A stretch of DNA of 64,000 bases. It comes from an uncultured Acidobacteriota bacterium. GTDB lineage: Bacteria; Acidobacteriota; Thermoanaerobaculia; Gp7-AA8. Below the pieces are notes generated by a model. It made no database searches. It was given only the letters and a program-made list of their open reading frames with translations, and was not told where the DNA came from. The stretch lies in assembly GCA_963741955.1 (NCBI GenBank), contig CAVUKB010000005.1, positions 544,001 through 608,000 on the forward strand. The letters are read 5' to 3'. The first letter of the stretch is position 1. Each line of letters begins with the position of its first letter. Of this stretch, positions 1 to 11,480 are shown piece after piece. Made by a program: the position numbers and the translations under genes.

Positions 1-1
1 C

Positions 2-1333
2 GGTACCATCTCTTCCATCGCCGCCACCCTCTGCTACAACTTCTTCTTCTTTCCTCCTCTCTACACGTTCACCATCGCCGAACCGGCCAACTGGCTCGCT
101 CTCCTCGCGTTCCTGGTCTGCTCGGTAACCGTGAATCGGCTCATCGTGACGGCGCGGACGAAGGCACGGGAAGCGGAGGCGAGCCGGGCGGAGCTGCAGG
201 CACTCTACGGGTTGAGCATCGACCTGTTCGCCGCGACCAGCCGAGTGGGGGTACTCGGCGAGGCGGCCCAGCGCGCACTGACGCTACTCGGCGCGAGCGA
301 AGGTGGCCTGGTTCTCTTCGCCGGCAGCCGGTCCCGGCAGCAGGAGGTCGTCTGGACCGGAGAGCGTTTCGAAGAGATCGAAGAGTTGATCGCGGGAGTC
401 GGCCGCCATAAACGGCAGTTCGAGATTTCCTCGTCTCTCGGGCGCGACGTCTACCTCCCGCTGAACGTGGGTGGCAAGACAATCGGAGTCCTCGTCGCTC
501 GCGGGACGGCTGCCACCAATCAGGCACTGGAGTCGGTGTCGCATCTCGTTGCCATGGCAGTCGAACGCGAACGATTCGTCGAGCAGACGGCTCACATCCA
601 GGCGCTCCGTGAGAGTGATGCGCTGAAAACTTCACTCCTTCGGGCGATCTCGCACGACCTGACGACGCCGATCACGGCCGTGGGGATTCGGATCGAGTCG
701 TTGCGGCGCGAGTCTGCGGGAAATGCCCGGATGACGGACGACGTGGACGTGATCGCCGAGGAGACCTCGCGGCTGCGACGCCGGATCGACAATCTCCTCG
801 CGATGGCCCGTCTCGAAGCCGGGAAGGCCCAGCCGCACCGCGAGCCGACGCCGCCGGCCGATCTCTTTCGCGCCCTGCGTGAAAACCTCCCGCTGGTGTT
901 CGCAGCGAGACCGGTGAGCGTGCGGGTCGATCCGGAGTGTCCCGACGCCCTCGTCGATCCTTCTCTCGCCCTCGAGATCCTGGTGAACCTCGTGGAGAAC
1001 GCCCATCGCGCATCACCCGCCGGAACGGGCATCGAGCTGGCGGCGCGAAGAAGTGAGCTGGATTCCGGAAAGATCCGGATCGAGATTCTCGACCGCGGTC
1101 CGGGGCTTCCCCCGGAGATGCTCGACGGCGAAGGGAGCGTCTCCCACCAGCGTACGGACGTCGCCCAGCGCGGACTCGGACTCGAGATCGCTCGAAATCT
1201 CGCCATTGCGAATGGAGGAAGCATCTCACTCGCACCACGGCCGGCGGGAGGAACGATTGCACGCATCGATCTCGCGGCCGCCGAGGTTCCTACGACGACC
1301 GTCGAAGCGGATGTGGAAACGGAGGTTCCATGA
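2..1333 (+). CDS. kdpD: KdpD-type sensor histidine kinase, C-terminal half (TM/DUF4118-GAF-HisKA-HATPase); 5' end lies outside the window
   Basis: The frame is open from base 2 (GTISSIAATLCYNFFFFPPLYTFTIAEPANW, KdpD TM signature). H-box ISHDLTTPIT, N-box NLVENA, DRGPG and GLGL are present. Overlaps kdpE. Confidence 0.85.
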   Translation, partial: GTISSIAATLCYNFFFFPPLYTFTIAEPANWLALLAFLVCSVTVNRLIVTARTKAREAEASRAELQALYGLSIDLFAATSRVGVLGEAAQRALTLLGASEGGLVLFAGSRSRQQEVVWTGERFEEIEELIAGVGRHKRQFEISSSLGRDVYLPLNVGGKTIGVLVARGTAATNQALESVSHLVAMAVERERFVEQTAHIQALRESDALKTSLLRAISHDLTTPITAVGIRIESLRRESAGNARMTDDVDVIAEETSRLRRRIDNLLAMARLEAGKAQPHREPTPPADLFRALRENLPLVFAARPVSVRVDPECPDALVDPSLALEILVNLVENAHRASPAGTGIELAARRSELDSGKIRIEILDRGPGLPPEMLDGEGSVSHQRTDVAQRGLGLEIARNLAIANGGSISLAPRPAGGTIARIDLAAAEVPTTTVEADVETEVP

Positions 1334-2019
1334 GCATACCTCCACTGATTCTGGTAGTGGATGACGATCCCTCGATCCGCGAATCGCTGACCAAGGAACT
1401 GCGCACGGCGGGATACGCGACGCTCACCGCGAGCGACGGTCTCGACGGAGTCGGTGCCGTGCAGAGGCATTCCCCTGACCTCGTCCTGACGGACCTCGCG
1501 ATGCCGCGCTCGGACGGCTTCGAGCTCATCTCCGCGCTCCGTGCCTTCTCCCGCATTCCGACGATCGTCGTGTCGGTGCGCGGCGGCGATGCAGACAAGG
1601 TTCGCGCACTCGATCTCGGCGCCGACGACTTCGTGATCAAGCCGTTCTCGATGACCGAGCTTCTGGCCAGAGTCCGGGCGCAGCTGCGGCGTACGGAGTC
1701 ACCCGCGTCGTCGCCGCTGCAGTTTCCCGACCTGACCATCGACCTCGAACGGCGACGAGTCGTCCAGAACGGCCACGACGTACACCTGACCCCAACCGAA
1801 TACGCTCTCCTCGAGTTGCTTGCCACCAACGCAGGGAAACCGATGTTCAGCGAACAGATCATCGCCAGAGTCTGGCGCTCGGCGCCGGGGACCACGACCG
1901 ATGCTCTGCGCGTTCACATGAGCTCTCTGCGAAGGAAGGTCGAGCCCGATCCCTCCAACCCGATCTACATCGTGACGGAGCCGTGGGTCGGATACCGCTT
2001 CGTGGCCGAACCGGTATGA
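1330..2019 (+). CDS. kdpE: OmpR-family response regulator KdpE
   Basis: Receiver LVVDDD...DLAMP...KPF, winged helix LTPTEY, and C-terminal YIVTEPWVGYRF typical of KdpE. Confidence 0.88.
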   Translation: MSIPPLILVVDDDPSIRESLTKELRTAGYATLTASDGLDGVGAVQRHSPDLVLTDLAMPRSDGFELISALRAFSRIPTIVVSVRGGDADKVRALDLGADDFVIKPFSMTELLARVRAQLRRTESPASSPLQFPDLTIDLERRRVVQNGHDVHLTPTEYALLELLATNAGKPMFSEQIIARVWRSAPGTTTDALRVHMSSLRRKVEPDPSNPIYIVTEPWVGYRFVAEPV

Positions 2020-2053
2020 TTGCTCATCCATCATTCGTGTTGCTGACGGCTCG

Positions 2054-3718
2054 TCAGGACAGACGACGCGCCGCCTCCCGCTGCCAGATCTCGAATGCTT
2101 CCCGCTGACCACGAGCTCTGCCGAGCGCTTCGGGGAGACCCCCGCCTCGAAACATCCGCGCGGCCTCGGAGAGGAGACGGAGGCTGGCATCGGGCCGCTC
2201 TTCGGGGAGGAGAAGGAGGAGCGTGATCCGGCACTTCTCTTCGGTCGCCTGCGAGATGGCAAGTGCTGCCAGTGGTGAGACGAGTCCCGGAATCCGCGCG
2301 TGGGGAAGGGCGACGAGCTCCTCGAGCAGGGTCGACCCTTCCTCTTCGCGCCGTCGGACTCGACGCAGAATCATCTCGACGTCGAGCTCCGGGTGGGTCG
2401 CCGTGAGGCGTTGTACGAGCCGATCGGCGACCACGCCCCGATCTTCGTCTCCCCTCAGAAGGAGGACGACTTCCGGCGAGACGAGATCACCAAGTTTCGG
2501 TGACCCCACTTCCTCCCCTTTGGGGAGGCTCGTCTCCGGCGGCGGCGACAACGGACGGGGGATGGTTGCCGCTGTGCCCGGATCGACCACCACCAGAGTG
2601 AACCCGATCGCTCTTTCCACCAGTTCCTCGGCCACGCCGCGCCGCGCGAGCCACCACCGGAGACCCTTCTTCGCCCCGGATCGTCCGACCACGATGTGCC
2701 CCACTCCGTACTCGCCTGCAAACTTCAACAGCGCGCCCGCGACATCGGCACCCCGGACCGTGAAGACGGCCGCGCCGAGCTCCTGGGCGACCGCGAGGAC
2801 ATTGCCGACCTCCTCTTTGGTCGACGGATCGACCTTCCCGGGATGTTCCTCGGGAGTCTGCACGTAAACGGCAAGCCATTTGCGGTTCAATCGCCCGGCC
2901 AGCCGTGAGCCATAACGCAGCAATGCGGCGGCGTCCGGCCCCCTGGAGCTGAGGCATACCATCACCTGGTCTGGAGCTTGAACCACGCCTCCGTCCGCCT
3001 CCGGTCGACCGGCTCGCTGCACATGAGCAGCCGCCTCGCGGAACGTCAGCTCCCGTAGCTGCGCAAGGGCCTCTCCGCGGAAGAAATTGCCGAGAGCGGC
3101 TGGCACCCTTTCGCGGGGATAGACCTTCCCTTCCCCGAGCCGTTGCCGCAGGTCTTCGGTCGCGAGGTCGACGTTCACCACCTGATCGGCCTCCGCGACG
3201 ACCCAGTCGGGTACACGCTCGGTAACAGTGACGCCGATGAGCGCATGAACCGTGTCGTAGAGACTCTCGAGATGTTGGACATTGAGCGTAGTGAGTACGC
3301 TGATGCCTGCGTCGAGGATCTCGAGCACGTCCTGCCAGCGTTTTCCGTTGCGACCTCCCGTCGCGTTGGTGTGGGCCAGCTCGTCGACGATCGCGATCTC
3401 GGGGGCGCGACGGATCACGGCATCGAGATCCATCTCCTCGAGCTCGAGGCCGCGATAGTGAGTCACACGGGGTGGAACCGATTCGAGTCCGAGTGAGAGC
3501 GACAATGTGTCGGGACGGCCGTGGTTCTCGACCCATCCGATGACGACGTCCACGCAGTCATCGCGGAGACGCTGTGCCTCGAGAAGCATCCGATAGGTTT
3601 TTCCGACTCCGGGAGCGTATCCGAGATAGACCTTCAGCCGGCCGCGCCGGCTCTTGCGGATCAGGTGCAGGAAGCTTTCCGGCGAAGGGCGGCCGTCGGG
3701 CCGATCGGGTTGATTCAC
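2054..3718 (-). CDS. KdpD N-terminal sensor domain + Usp domain + C-terminal PTS EIIA(Fru/Ntr)-like domain; no TM or kinase domain
   Basis: GRLKVYLGYAPGVGKT, VDELAHTN, KRWQDV and TTLNVQHLESL (KdpD domain); Usp VMVCLSS...HIVVGRS; REEEGSTLLEELVALPHAR (EIIA phospho-His motif). The GTG start at 3718 is inferred; the ORF is open to 3802. Confidence 0.8.
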   Translation of the reverse strand: MNQPDRPDGRPSPESFLHLIRKSRRGRLKVYLGYAPGVGKTYRMLLEAQRLRDDCVDVVIGWVENHGRPDTLSLSLGLESVPPRVTHYRGLELEEMDLDAVIRRAPEIAIVDELAHTNATGGRNGKRWQDVLEILDAGISVLTTLNVQHLESLYDTVHALIGVTVTERVPDWVVAEADQVVNVDLATEDLRQRLGEGKVYPRERVPAALGNFFRGEALAQLRELTFREAAAHVQRAGRPEADGGVVQAPDQVMVCLSSRGPDAAALLRYGSRLAGRLNRKWLAVYVQTPEEHPGKVDPSTKEEVGNVLAVAQELGAAVFTVRGADVAGALLKFAGEYGVGHIVVGRSGAKKGLRWWLARRGVAEELVERAIGFTLVVVDPGTAATIPRPLSPPPETSLPKGEEVGSPKLGDLVSPEVVLLLRGDEDRGVVADRLVQRLTATHPELDVEMILRRVRRREEEGSTLLEELVALPHARIPGLVSPLAALAISQATEEKCRITLLLLLPEERPDASLRLLSEAARMFRGGGLPEALGRARGQREAFEIWQREAARRLS

Positions 3719-3844
3719 GCTCGACTCCGATTCTTTCGCCGCGTGGAAGTGCTCCGCGAAACGGGTCGCGATCGCCACCAGGGCTCCATCATCGCAGGCC
3801 AAGGGGACAACCGTTCCGGGCTCATCGCAGTCGTTCCTTTCGAG

Positions 3845-5890
3845 TCACGCCAGTCGCAAAGCGACAAGCAGCATGTCGATGATCTTGATCCCCGCGAACG
3901 GCAGCAGGATACCCCCTACGCCGTACAGCAGCATGTTTCGGCGCAGAACCGCGGCCGCTCCCATCGGCCTGTACGCGACGCCCCGAAGCGCCAGTGGAAC
4001 CAGGGCGATGATGATGACGGCGTTGAAGATCACGGCGGAGAGAATCGCCGACTGCGGTGTTGCCAGCCGCATCACGTTCAACGCCGCGAGCTGCGGAAAT
4101 GCGAGGATGAACATCGCGGGAATGATCGCGAAATACTTTGCGACGTCGTTCGAGATGGAGAACGTGGTAAGAGCGCCCCGAGTCATCAGGAGCTGCTTGC
4201 CGATCTCGACGATCTCGATCAGTTTCGTCGGGTTCGAATCGAGGTCGACCATGTTTCCCGCTTCCTTCGCCGCCTGCGTCCCGGTGTTCATGGCGACGCC
4301 TACGTCGGCCTGCGCTAGAGCGGGAGCGTCGTTGGTTCCGTCGCCGGTCATCGCCACCAGGCGCCCACCGTGCTGTTCGCGACGGATCAGCTCGAGCTTG
4401 TCTTCCGGAGTGGCCTCCGCCAGCACGTCGTCGACGCCGGCCTCTCGAGCGATCGTTTCCGCCGTCAGGGGATTATCGCCGGTGATCATCACCGTACGGA
4501 TCCCCATCATCCGCAGTCTCTCGAAGCGTTCCCGCATGCCACCCTTGACGACATCCTTCAGGTGGATCACTCCCGCGACTCTCGCACCTTCGGCGACCAC
4601 GAGAGGAGTGCCGCCCGCGGCCGCGATGGTCGCCACCTCGCGCCGGACGGAGTCGGGAAGCGTCCCGCCATTTTCCCGCACGAACGCATCGATCGCGTCG
4701 GCCGCTCCTTTGCGCACCCGGCGCCCGTCGGGAAGGTCGACTCCGGACATACGCGTCTTCGCGGTGAACGGCACGAACCGACCACCGAGCTCGTGGAGCT
4801 CGCGGCCGCGAATCCCGAACTCCTCTTTCGCGAGAACGACGATCGATCGTCCTTCCGGCGTTTCGTCGGCAAGCGAGGAGAGCTGGGCCACCTCGGCGAG
4901 ACGGCGAGGATCGATCCCCGGTGCTGGCCGCAACTCGGTGGCCTGTCGATTGCCGAACGTGATCGTGCCGGTCTTGTCCAGCAGCAAGGTGTCGACGTCG
5001 CCGGCAGCTTCCACCGCTCGGCCCGACATCGCGAGCACGTTGTGCCGCACCAGCCGGTCCATCCCTGCAATCCCGATTGCCGAGATGAGTGCCCCGATGG
5101 TCGTCGGAATCAGACAGACCAGGAGCGCGATCAGAACCGGCACCGGGATGTGCGCACCGGCGTAGTTCGCGAATGGTTGCAGTGAAACGACCACGAGAAG
5201 GAAGACGAGCGTCAGGACCGCGAGCAGGATATTGAGCGCGATCTCGTTGGGCGTTTTCTGCCGCTCGGCACCTTCGACCAGACGGATCATCCGGTCGATG
5301 AATGTGTCACCGGGGTCGGACGTGATCTCGACCACGATCCGATCCGACAACACGGTGGTCCCTCCCGTCACTGCAGAGCGGTCGCCGCCTGCCTCGCGGA
5401 TGACCGGCGCCGATTCGCCGGTGATCGCCGCCTCGTTGACCGAGGCGATCCCCTCGATCACCGTCCCATCACCGGGGATGACCTGATTGGCCTCGACCAC
5501 GACGAGGTCGCCCTTGCGGAGCATCGACGCCGGCACGGTCTCTTCCCGCCTCTGCGGACCGACGAGCCTCCGTGCATTCGTCTCCGTCTTGGTCCGGCGC
5601 AGCGTGTCCGCCTGTGCCTTTCCTCGTCCCTCCGCCATCGCCTCGGCGAAGTTCGCGAACAGGACGGTGAACCAGAGCCAGAATGCCACCTGGCCGGTGA
5701 AGAGGGGCGTTCCCGTCCCGGTCACGAGCTCCTGAATGAATATCAGCGTCGTGATCAAGCTTCCGATCTCGACGATGAACATGACCGGATTCCTGAATTG
5801 ATTTCGCGGGTCGAGTTTCCGCACGGAGTCGATCACCGCACGCGAGAGTATCGCGCGATTCCAGAGTGAAGTCTTTCGTCCCCTGCTCAT
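3845..5890 (-). CDS. kdpB: K+-transporting P-type ATPase subunit B
   Basis: [19 protein letters not shown] and [16 protein letters not shown] motifs; 681 aa. Confidence 0.97.
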   Translation of the reverse strand: MSRGRKTSLWNRAILSRAVIDSVRKLDPRNQFRNPVMFIVEIGSLITTLIFIQELVTGTGTPLFTGQVAFWLWFTVLFANFAEAMAEGRGKAQADTLRRTKTETNARRLVGPQRREETVPASMLRKGDLVVVEANQVIPGDGTVIEGIASVNEAAITGESAPVIREAGGDRSAVTGGTTVLSDRIVVEITSDPGDTFIDRMIRLVEGAERQKTPNEIALNILLAVLTLVFLLVVVSLQPFANYAGAHIPVPVLIALLVCLIPTTIGALISAIGIAGMDRLVRHNVLAMSGRAVEAAGDVDTLLLDKTGTITFGNRQATELRPAPGIDPRRLAEVAQLSSLADETPEGRSIVVLAKEEFGIRGRELHELGGRFVPFTAKTRMSGVDLPDGRRVRKGAADAIDAFVRENGGTLPDSVRREVATIAAAGGTPLVVAEGARVAGVIHLKDVVKGGMRERFERLRMMGIRTVMITGDNPLTAETIAREAGVDDVLAEATPEDKLELIRREQHGGRLVAMTGDGTNDAPALAQADVGVAMNTGTQAAKEAGNMVDLDSNPTKLIEIVEIGKQLLMTRGALTTFSISNDVAKYFAIIPAMFILAFPQLAALNVMRLATPQSAILSAVIFNAVIIIALVPLALRGVAYRPMGAAAVLRRNMLLYGVGGILLPFAGIKIIDMLLVALRLA

Positions 5891-6456
5891 CGAAGTTCCT
5901 CATCCATGGCGAGATTCAACTCGAGCACGTTCACGCGTGAGCGTCCGAAGACCCCGAACGCCGGACCCAGAGTGTGCGCCCGAACGAGCGCTCGGATCCG
6001 GTCCGGGTCGACGTTGCGGGCCCGCGCGATGCGGGGGATCTGCAGTTCGGCCGCGTACGGCGGAACGTGCGGATCGAGCCCGCCGCCGCTCGCAGTGACC
6101 ATTTCGGAGGGAACCTGCGCTGGCACGACATGATCAGTTGAAACGACCGCGTCGAGCCGCTCGCGAACGAGTTTCAGCTGATCGGAATTCGACGGACTGT
6201 AGTTGCTGCCACCCGCGGACGCAGCGTTGTAGTCGACCGCGGAAGGCCGAGGATGAAAATACCGAGGCTGACGGAACTTCTGCGCAATCAGCGACGAGCC
6301 AACCACCGTTCCGTCCGGTCGGCGAATGAGGCTGCCTTCCGCCTGGTGTGGAAAGAAGGTCAGGCCGATTCCTCGGATCAGCAGAGGATAGCCGCCTCCG
6401 AACAGAACCATCGTCACGAGCGTAAAGAGAACTCCACGTCTGATTTCTTTCAACAT
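5887..6456 (-). CDS. kdpC: K+-transporting ATPase subunit C
   Basis: N-terminal [28 protein letters not shown] and RVNVLELN. Confidence 0.95.
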   Translation of the reverse strand: MLKEIRRGVLFTLVTMVLFGGGYPLLIRGIGLTFFPHQAEGSLIRRPDGTVVGSSLIAQKFRQPRYFHPRPSAVDYNAASAGGSNYSPSNSDQLKLVRERLDAVVSTDHVVPAQVPSEMVTASGGGLDPHVPPYAAELQIPRIARARNVDPDRIRALVRAHTLGPAFGVFGRSRVNVLELNLAMDEELR

Positions 6457-6465
6457 TTCCGCACC

Positions 6466-8175
6466 TCAATGAATCGCCAGGAACTCGGCAATCGGACCGA
6501 GAACGGCGACGGGCATGAACATCAGGAGACCCAGGATGACCACCACCGACAAGAGCACGAAGCCGAAGGTCGCCGAGTCGACCCGAAGCGAACCAGATCC
6601 TTCGGGCGCAGCGGGTTTGGCCGCGAGTGCGGCCGCGAGTGCGAGTGGCGCGATGATCGGGATGTAACGGCCGAAGAGCATCGCCAGACCCGTCGCGATG
6701 TTCCAGAACGGCGTGTTGTCGCCGAGTCCCTCGAATCCCGAGCCGTTGTTCGCCGCGGCGGAGCTGAACTCGTACAGCATTTCGGAGAAGCCGTGGGCAC
6801 CGGGATTGTGGAGCCAGCCCAGCACGGCATCCGGGTTCGCGGTGGCAGCCAAGATCGCACACGCTAGCGCAGTGCCGCCGAGAACCAGCAGAGGATGAAG
6901 CAGCAGCGCGAGGCTGGCGAGCTTCATCTCCTTCCCCTCGACTTTCTTGCCGAGGAACTGAGGCGTGCGTCCGATCATCATTCCGGTGACGAAGACGGTC
7001 ACGATGATGAAGATGAGCATATTGATGAAACCGACGCCGACGCCGCCGAAGATGTTGTTGAGCCACATCCCGATCATCGGCATCAGTCCTCCGAGCGACG
7101 TCAGAGAGTCGTGCATCCCGTTGACGGAGCCGTTGGACGTACTGGTCGTGCTCACGGCCCAGAGCGCCGTGAGTGCCGCTCCGAACCGGACCTCCTTCCC
7201 TTCCATGGAGCCGGTCGACTGGTCGACACCCATTGCGGTGATGCCCGGGGTTCCTCGCAGCTCCTGCCTCACGGCGAACCCGGTCAACGGAAGGTAGAGT
7301 GCGAGCATGGTCGCAAAGATCACGACCGCCAGCCGGCGGCGATTCAACATGAAGCCCAGCGTCCAGACCATCCCCATCGGGATGATCAGGATCGACCACG
7401 TCTCCGTGAGGTTCGAGATCGGCGTCGGGTTCTCGTACGGATGCGACGAGTTCGGGCCGAAGAAGCCGCCGCCGTTCGTTCCGAGCTGCTTGATCGCAAC
7501 TTCCGCGGCGACCGGACCGCGTGCGATGGTCTGCTTCCGTCCTTCCAGGGTCTTCGCCGTCGCCGCACCGTCGAACGTCATCGGCGTTCCCTGCCAGATC
7601 AGAATCGTGGCCACGAGGATCGCAAGCGGCAAGAGCACCCGAACTGCGGCCCGCGTCGCATCGACGTAGAAATTGCCGAGCTTCGTCAGCCGGTTTCCGC
7701 CGAGCGCGCGAATGATGGCGACGAATGCCGCCATGCCGGTCGCTGCGGTCACGAACTGCAGGAAAGTGATCGCGATCATCTGCGAGAGGTACGACAGGCC
7801 CGTCTCACCACTGTAATGCTGCAGGTTCGTGTTACTCGTGAAGCTCGAAATGGTGTTGAAAGCGAGCGTCGGCTCCATGGATGCGACTTTGTCGGGGTTG
7901 AGCAACAGCACCCCCTGCAGCATCACCACTGCGAACGTCGCCAGCCACATGAAGACATTCGAGGCGACCAGCGACGTCGCGTAAGCCTTCCAGTCCTGCT
8001 CCTCGTCGGAATCGACCATCGACAGACGAAGCGCCACCCGTTCGATCGGCAGGAAGAGCGGGTCGAGCCAGGTCTTCCGTCCGCTGAACACACGGGCCAT
8101 GTAAAGGCCGACGGGGATACTGGTGGCAATGAGAATCGCGATCGTGACGATGACGGCGACGATTTCGAGGCCCAT
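6466..8175 (-). CDS. kdpA: K+-transporting ATPase subunit A
   Basis: SFTSNTNLQHYSGE, IKQLGTNGGGFF, SNGSVNGMHDS and SAAANNGSGFEGL selectivity-filter motifs. Confidence 0.96.
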   Translation of the reverse strand: MGLEIVAVIVTIAILIATSIPVGLYMARVFSGRKTWLDPLFLPIERVALRLSMVDSDEEQDWKAYATSLVASNVFMWLATFAVVMLQGVLLLNPDKVASMEPTLAFNTISSFTSNTNLQHYSGETGLSYLSQMIAITFLQFVTAATGMAAFVAIIRALGGNRLTKLGNFYVDATRAAVRVLLPLAILVATILIWQGTPMTFDGAATAKTLEGRKQTIARGPVAAEVAIKQLGTNGGGFFGPNSSHPYENPTPISNLTETWSILIIPMGMVWTLGFMLNRRRLAVVIFATMLALYLPLTGFAVRQELRGTPGITAMGVDQSTGSMEGKEVRFGAALTALWAVSTTSTSNGSVNGMHDSLTSLGGLMPMIGMWLNNIFGGVGVGFINMLIFIIVTVFVTGMMIGRTPQFLGKKVEGKEMKLASLALLLHPLLVLGGTALACAILAATANPDAVLGWLHNPGAHGFSEMLYEFSSAAANNGSGFEGLGDNTPFWNIATGLAMLFGRYIPIIAPLALAAALAAKPAAPEGSGSLRVDSATFGFVLLSVVVILGLLMFMPVAVLGPIAEFLAIH

Positions 8176-8258
8176 TTCAATCTCCTTCTAGCCCGCGAGC
8201 CCGGACTATTCACGGGGACTTCTGCTGCGGATCGACGAAATCCCCCGAATGATCCAGG

Positions 8259-8339
8259 CTAAAACCGCTCGGGTCGGATCATGGCGTAGAAGAGGTAACC
8301 GCCGACGAGGAGGGAAAGTGCGAGAAGAATGACTTCCAT
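8259..8339 (-). CDS. kdpF: KdpF small subunit (26 aa; not in ORF track)
   Basis: Manual translation MEVILLALSLLVGGYLFYAMIRPERF*; the YL-x-YA-x-x-x-PERF end is the KdpF signature; lies upstream of kdpA. Confidence 0.88.
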   Translation of the reverse strand: MEVILLALSLLVGGYLFYAMIRPERF

Positions 8340-8341
8340 CG

Positions 8342-8425
8342 TCACACCCGCTCACAGAATCGAATGAATCCGAACAAGACGCCGAACGTCGCAAGAGCGA
8401 GCAGAATCATTCCCAGAGCCAGCAT
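8342..8425 (-). CDS. 27-aa single-TM peptide directly upstream of kdpF (not in ORF track)
   Basis: Manual translation MLALGMILLALATFGVLFGFIRFCERV*; GAGGAGG RBS; stop 2 nt before the kdpF ATG. Confidence 0.7.
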   Translation of the reverse strand: MLALGMILLALATFGVLFGFIRFCERV

Positions 8426-8569
8426 TGTTTCCTCCTCAAAACATGACCCCGCGACCGATCGGCAGAAACTGCCGGCCGGTCGGCGTAGCCTTCACGAAAA
8501 TCGAATCGGCGCTCGATTGGTCGTGGCGCCTCTCTCGATCGAGAATCAGCTTTTCGCACGAGATGCGTT

Positions 8570-9004
8570 TCATCGATCCGTGCCTCCATCTTCAGATCTC
8601 CGCCGCACGAAGAGCGACGGAGCGAAGATCCAGCCGAGGACACAGATGTCGCGCAGGAACGGGCGGGAGGGGGAACCAAGCAGATCGACCGCTCCCTGCG
8701 CAGTCTTGCGCAGCGCCAACTCTGCCACGATCGAGAGCAGCAGCCAGGCGATTCCCACGCCGATTCCATGAGCGACGCCCGACTCTCGTGCAACGAGCCG
8801 GGTATAGCCATACGCGATGACACCCAGACCGGCGAGGGCCGCCGTTTCGCTTCCGGCCGCGGATTGCGCATCGAGCGCGGCATGTGCTCCCACGACGAGA
8901 ATCGCCGCTGGCAGCCAGAAGATCGCGACCAGTACGGCAGTCGTGACGAGGTGACGCGGAGACGAAGCGAAATGCGGCTTTGGCTGAGTCCTGGAGGGAG
9001 TCAT
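8570..9004 (-). CDS. Hypothetical membrane protein (about 4 hydrophobic segments)
   Basis: Hydrophobic 144-aa ORF co-oriented with and upstream of the kdp operon. Confidence 0.5.
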   Translation of the reverse strand: MTPSRTQPKPHFASSPRHLVTTAVLVAIFWLPAAILVVGAHAALDAQSAAGSETAALAGLGVIAYGYTRLVARESGVAHGIGVGIAWLLLSIVAELALRKTAQGAVDLLGSPSRPFLRDICVLGWIFAPSLFVRRRSEDGGTDR

Positions 9005-9207
9005 CTCGACACTCTGATGACTCCAACACTCGGCAGTGAGCGAGGTCGCGAAGGAGACGCAAGGATCGCACTCGAATTCCCGAAGAAATTCCTAAAGAGT
9101 GCGTGAAGGTTCCGCCGGAGCGATGCTTCTTCGCCCGTGGCTCAAAGAGTAGCTTTCGAGTACGCCTCGTTCGCGACTGCTCGCCGCACTCGCCGCATTC
9201 GTTTTCG

Positions 9208-11415
9208 CTACGCTTTCGGGCTTCCTTCGTCGTCGGTGAACGCCTCGATCCCGGGCCACTCGGTCGGCTCCAGCGGGTGTCCCGAGCGGCGCTTCTCCCT
9301 CCAGTCCACCACCCACTCTGCGATCTGGTCCGGAGTGAAGCCGATCTTGTCGGCGATGACTTCCGCCGGCGCGGAGGTCCCGAAGCGGTCCACACCGATG
9401 ACCAGCGCATCGTGGTTGACGTAGCGGTACCACCCGAGGGTGCGTCCCGCTTCGATCGCGACGATGCTGCTCCGGTCGGTTCCGAGAACGTGATTCTGGT
9501 ACTGCGGATCCTGCCGGTCGAAGAGGTCGAGGCAAGGCGCAGAGACCACGCGTGGACGCACACCCCGGCTGCGGAGGAGATCCGCAGTCGCGATTGCGAG
9601 AGGTACCTCCGATCCGCTCGCGAGCAGTGTGACCTCCCCTTCCTCGTATCCCTTCAGCAGATAGGCGCCTCGCCAGATCACCTTCGGCTCGAAGTCGGAG
9701 TCGCGACGGATCGGTTGCAGTTTCTGACGGGTGAGCGCCATGGCCGTCGGTCCCTTCGCCTGCGAGACTGCCCACGCCCACGCCATCGCCACCTCCGCGC
9801 CGTCGGCCGGGCGGAAGAGCGTCATGTTCGGAATCGCCCGAAGTGCGAAGAGGTGCTCGACCGGCTGATGAGTCGGACCGTCCTCCCCGAGGAAGATCGA
9901 ATCATGGGTGAAGACGAAGATCGAAGGGATGTTCATCAGCGCCGCGAGCCGGAGAGCCGGACGCATGTAGTCGGAGAAGATGAGGAACGTCGCTCCGTAC
10001 GCGCGCCACGAGCCGTAAAGCGTCATTCCGTTGATGATCGCCCCCATCGCGTGCTCCCGAATTCCGAAGTGGAGATTCCGGTTGCGGAAATCTTCCAGCG
10101 ACGGCGGAGGGGGCTCGTCCTCGTGCTTTCGTTCGATGCTTCCGGACGATTTGATGAGAGTATCCGTCGAAGGGGCCAGGTCTGCAGATCCTCCGGCCAC
10201 GAACGGCGCGATCGCCGCGAGCTTCTGGATCACCTGTCCGGACAGCGCCCGGGTGGCAGACGGCTTCTCGGAACGAGCAGCCTCCACGAGCTGCGTCACG
10301 AAATCGTGAGGCACGGAGTGACTCCAGTAGCGGTCCCACTCTTCGGAAAGGTCCGGATGGGTGCGCCGCCACGAGTCGAGCGACTTCTCCCACTGCTTGT
10401 GCGCGCGAGCCAGCTTCTTCGTCCGCCTGCGATACTCCTTCTTCACATCGTCCGGAACCAGAAAGGTCGGTTCCTCCGGCCAGCCGAGCGCCTTTTTCGT
10501 CGCCGCGGTCTCCTCGGCACCCAGTGGCGAGCCGTGCGCCGCCGCCGTTCCGTGGAGCTTCGGAGCGCCGTAACCGATCACCGTGCGCGCGATGATCATC
10601 GACGGCCGGTCAGTGACCTTCTGAGCCTTCCGGATCGCCTTGCGCACCGCGTCGCGGTCGTGCCCATCGATCTTCTGGACGTGCCAACCAACTGCTTCGA
10701 AACGTTTCTTCACGTCCTCGGAGAACGCGAGGCGCGTCGCGCCTTCGATCGAGATCTGATTGTCGTCGTAAAAGTAGATCAGGTTTCCGAGTCCGAGATG
10801 TCCGGCCAGAGACGCCGCTTCGCTGCTGATCCCTTCCATCAGATCGCCGTCCGAGCAGAAGACGTAGACGTAGTGGTCGACCGGAGAGAAGTCGTCGCTG
10901 TTGAAGCGCGCCGCCATCATTTTCGAGGCGAGCCCCATCCCGACCGCGTTGGCGAAGCCCTGCCCGAGCGGACCGGTGGTGACTTCGATCCCCGGCGCGT
11001 GGCCGTACTCGGGATGGCCCGCCGTTCTCGATCCCCACTGCCGGAAGTGCTTCAGCTGCTCGAGGGTCATCTCTTCATATCCGGTGAGGTGGAGAAGAGA
11101 GTAGAGCAGCATCGAGGCGTGGCCGGCGGAGAGGATGAAGCGGTCGCGGTTTTTCCATTCCGGCGACTGCGGGTCGTGCCGAAGGAACTCGGTCCAGAGG
11201 ACGAACGCCATGTCGGCCATTCCCATCGGAGTTCCGGGATGGCCGGAATTCGCTTTCTCGACCGCATCGACCGCGAGAAATCGGATCGTGTTGACACAGA
11301 GCTCCTCGAGCCTGTCCCGCTCGCTCTTCGGCTCGTTGCTCGATTCGGCCGACTTTACCGCGCGACTCGCACGCTCGGCCGTTCCGGACGCGTTCTTCCC
11401 CATTTCCTGACTCAT
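9208..11415 (-). CDS. tkt: Transketolase
   Basis: [41 protein letters not shown] and [18 protein letters not shown]. Confidence 0.97.
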   Translation of the reverse strand: MSQEMGKNASGTAERASRAVKSAESSNEPKSERDRLEELCVNTIRFLAVDAVEKANSGHPGTPMGMADMAFVLWTEFLRHDPQSPEWKNRDRFILSAGHASMLLYSLLHLTGYEEMTLEQLKHFRQWGSRTAGHPEYGHAPGIEVTTGPLGQGFANAVGMGLASKMMAARFNSDDFSPVDHYVYVFCSDGDLMEGISSEAASLAGHLGLGNLIYFYDDNQISIEGATRLAFSEDVKKRFEAVGWHVQKIDGHDRDAVRKAIRKAQKVTDRPSMIIARTVIGYGAPKLHGTAAAHGSPLGAEETAATKKALGWPEEPTFLVPDDVKKEYRRRTKKLARAHKQWEKSLDSWRRTHPDLSEEWDRYWSHSVPHDFVTQLVEAARSEKPSATRALSGQVIQKLAAIAPFVAGGSADLAPSTDTLIKSSGSIERKHEDEPPPPSLEDFRNRNLHFGIREHAMGAIINGMTLYGSWRAYGATFLIFSDYMRPALRLAALMNIPSIFVFTHDSIFLGEDGPTHQPVEHLFALRAIPNMTLFRPADGAEVAMAWAWAVSQAKGPTAMALTRQKLQPIRRDSDFEPKVIWRGAYLLKGYEEGEVTLLASGSEVPLAIATADLLRSRGVRPRVVSAPCLDLFDRQDPQYQNHVLGTDRSSIVAIEAGRTLGWYRYVNHDALVIGVDRFGTSAPAEVIADKIGFTPDQIAEWVVDWREKRRSGHPLEPTEWPGIEAFTDDEGSPKA

Positions 11416-11480
11416 CGAAACTCCTCCGAAGGTTTCGGATTATACTCACTCGACTCTCTCCGCATCGCGAGGATCCTCTG

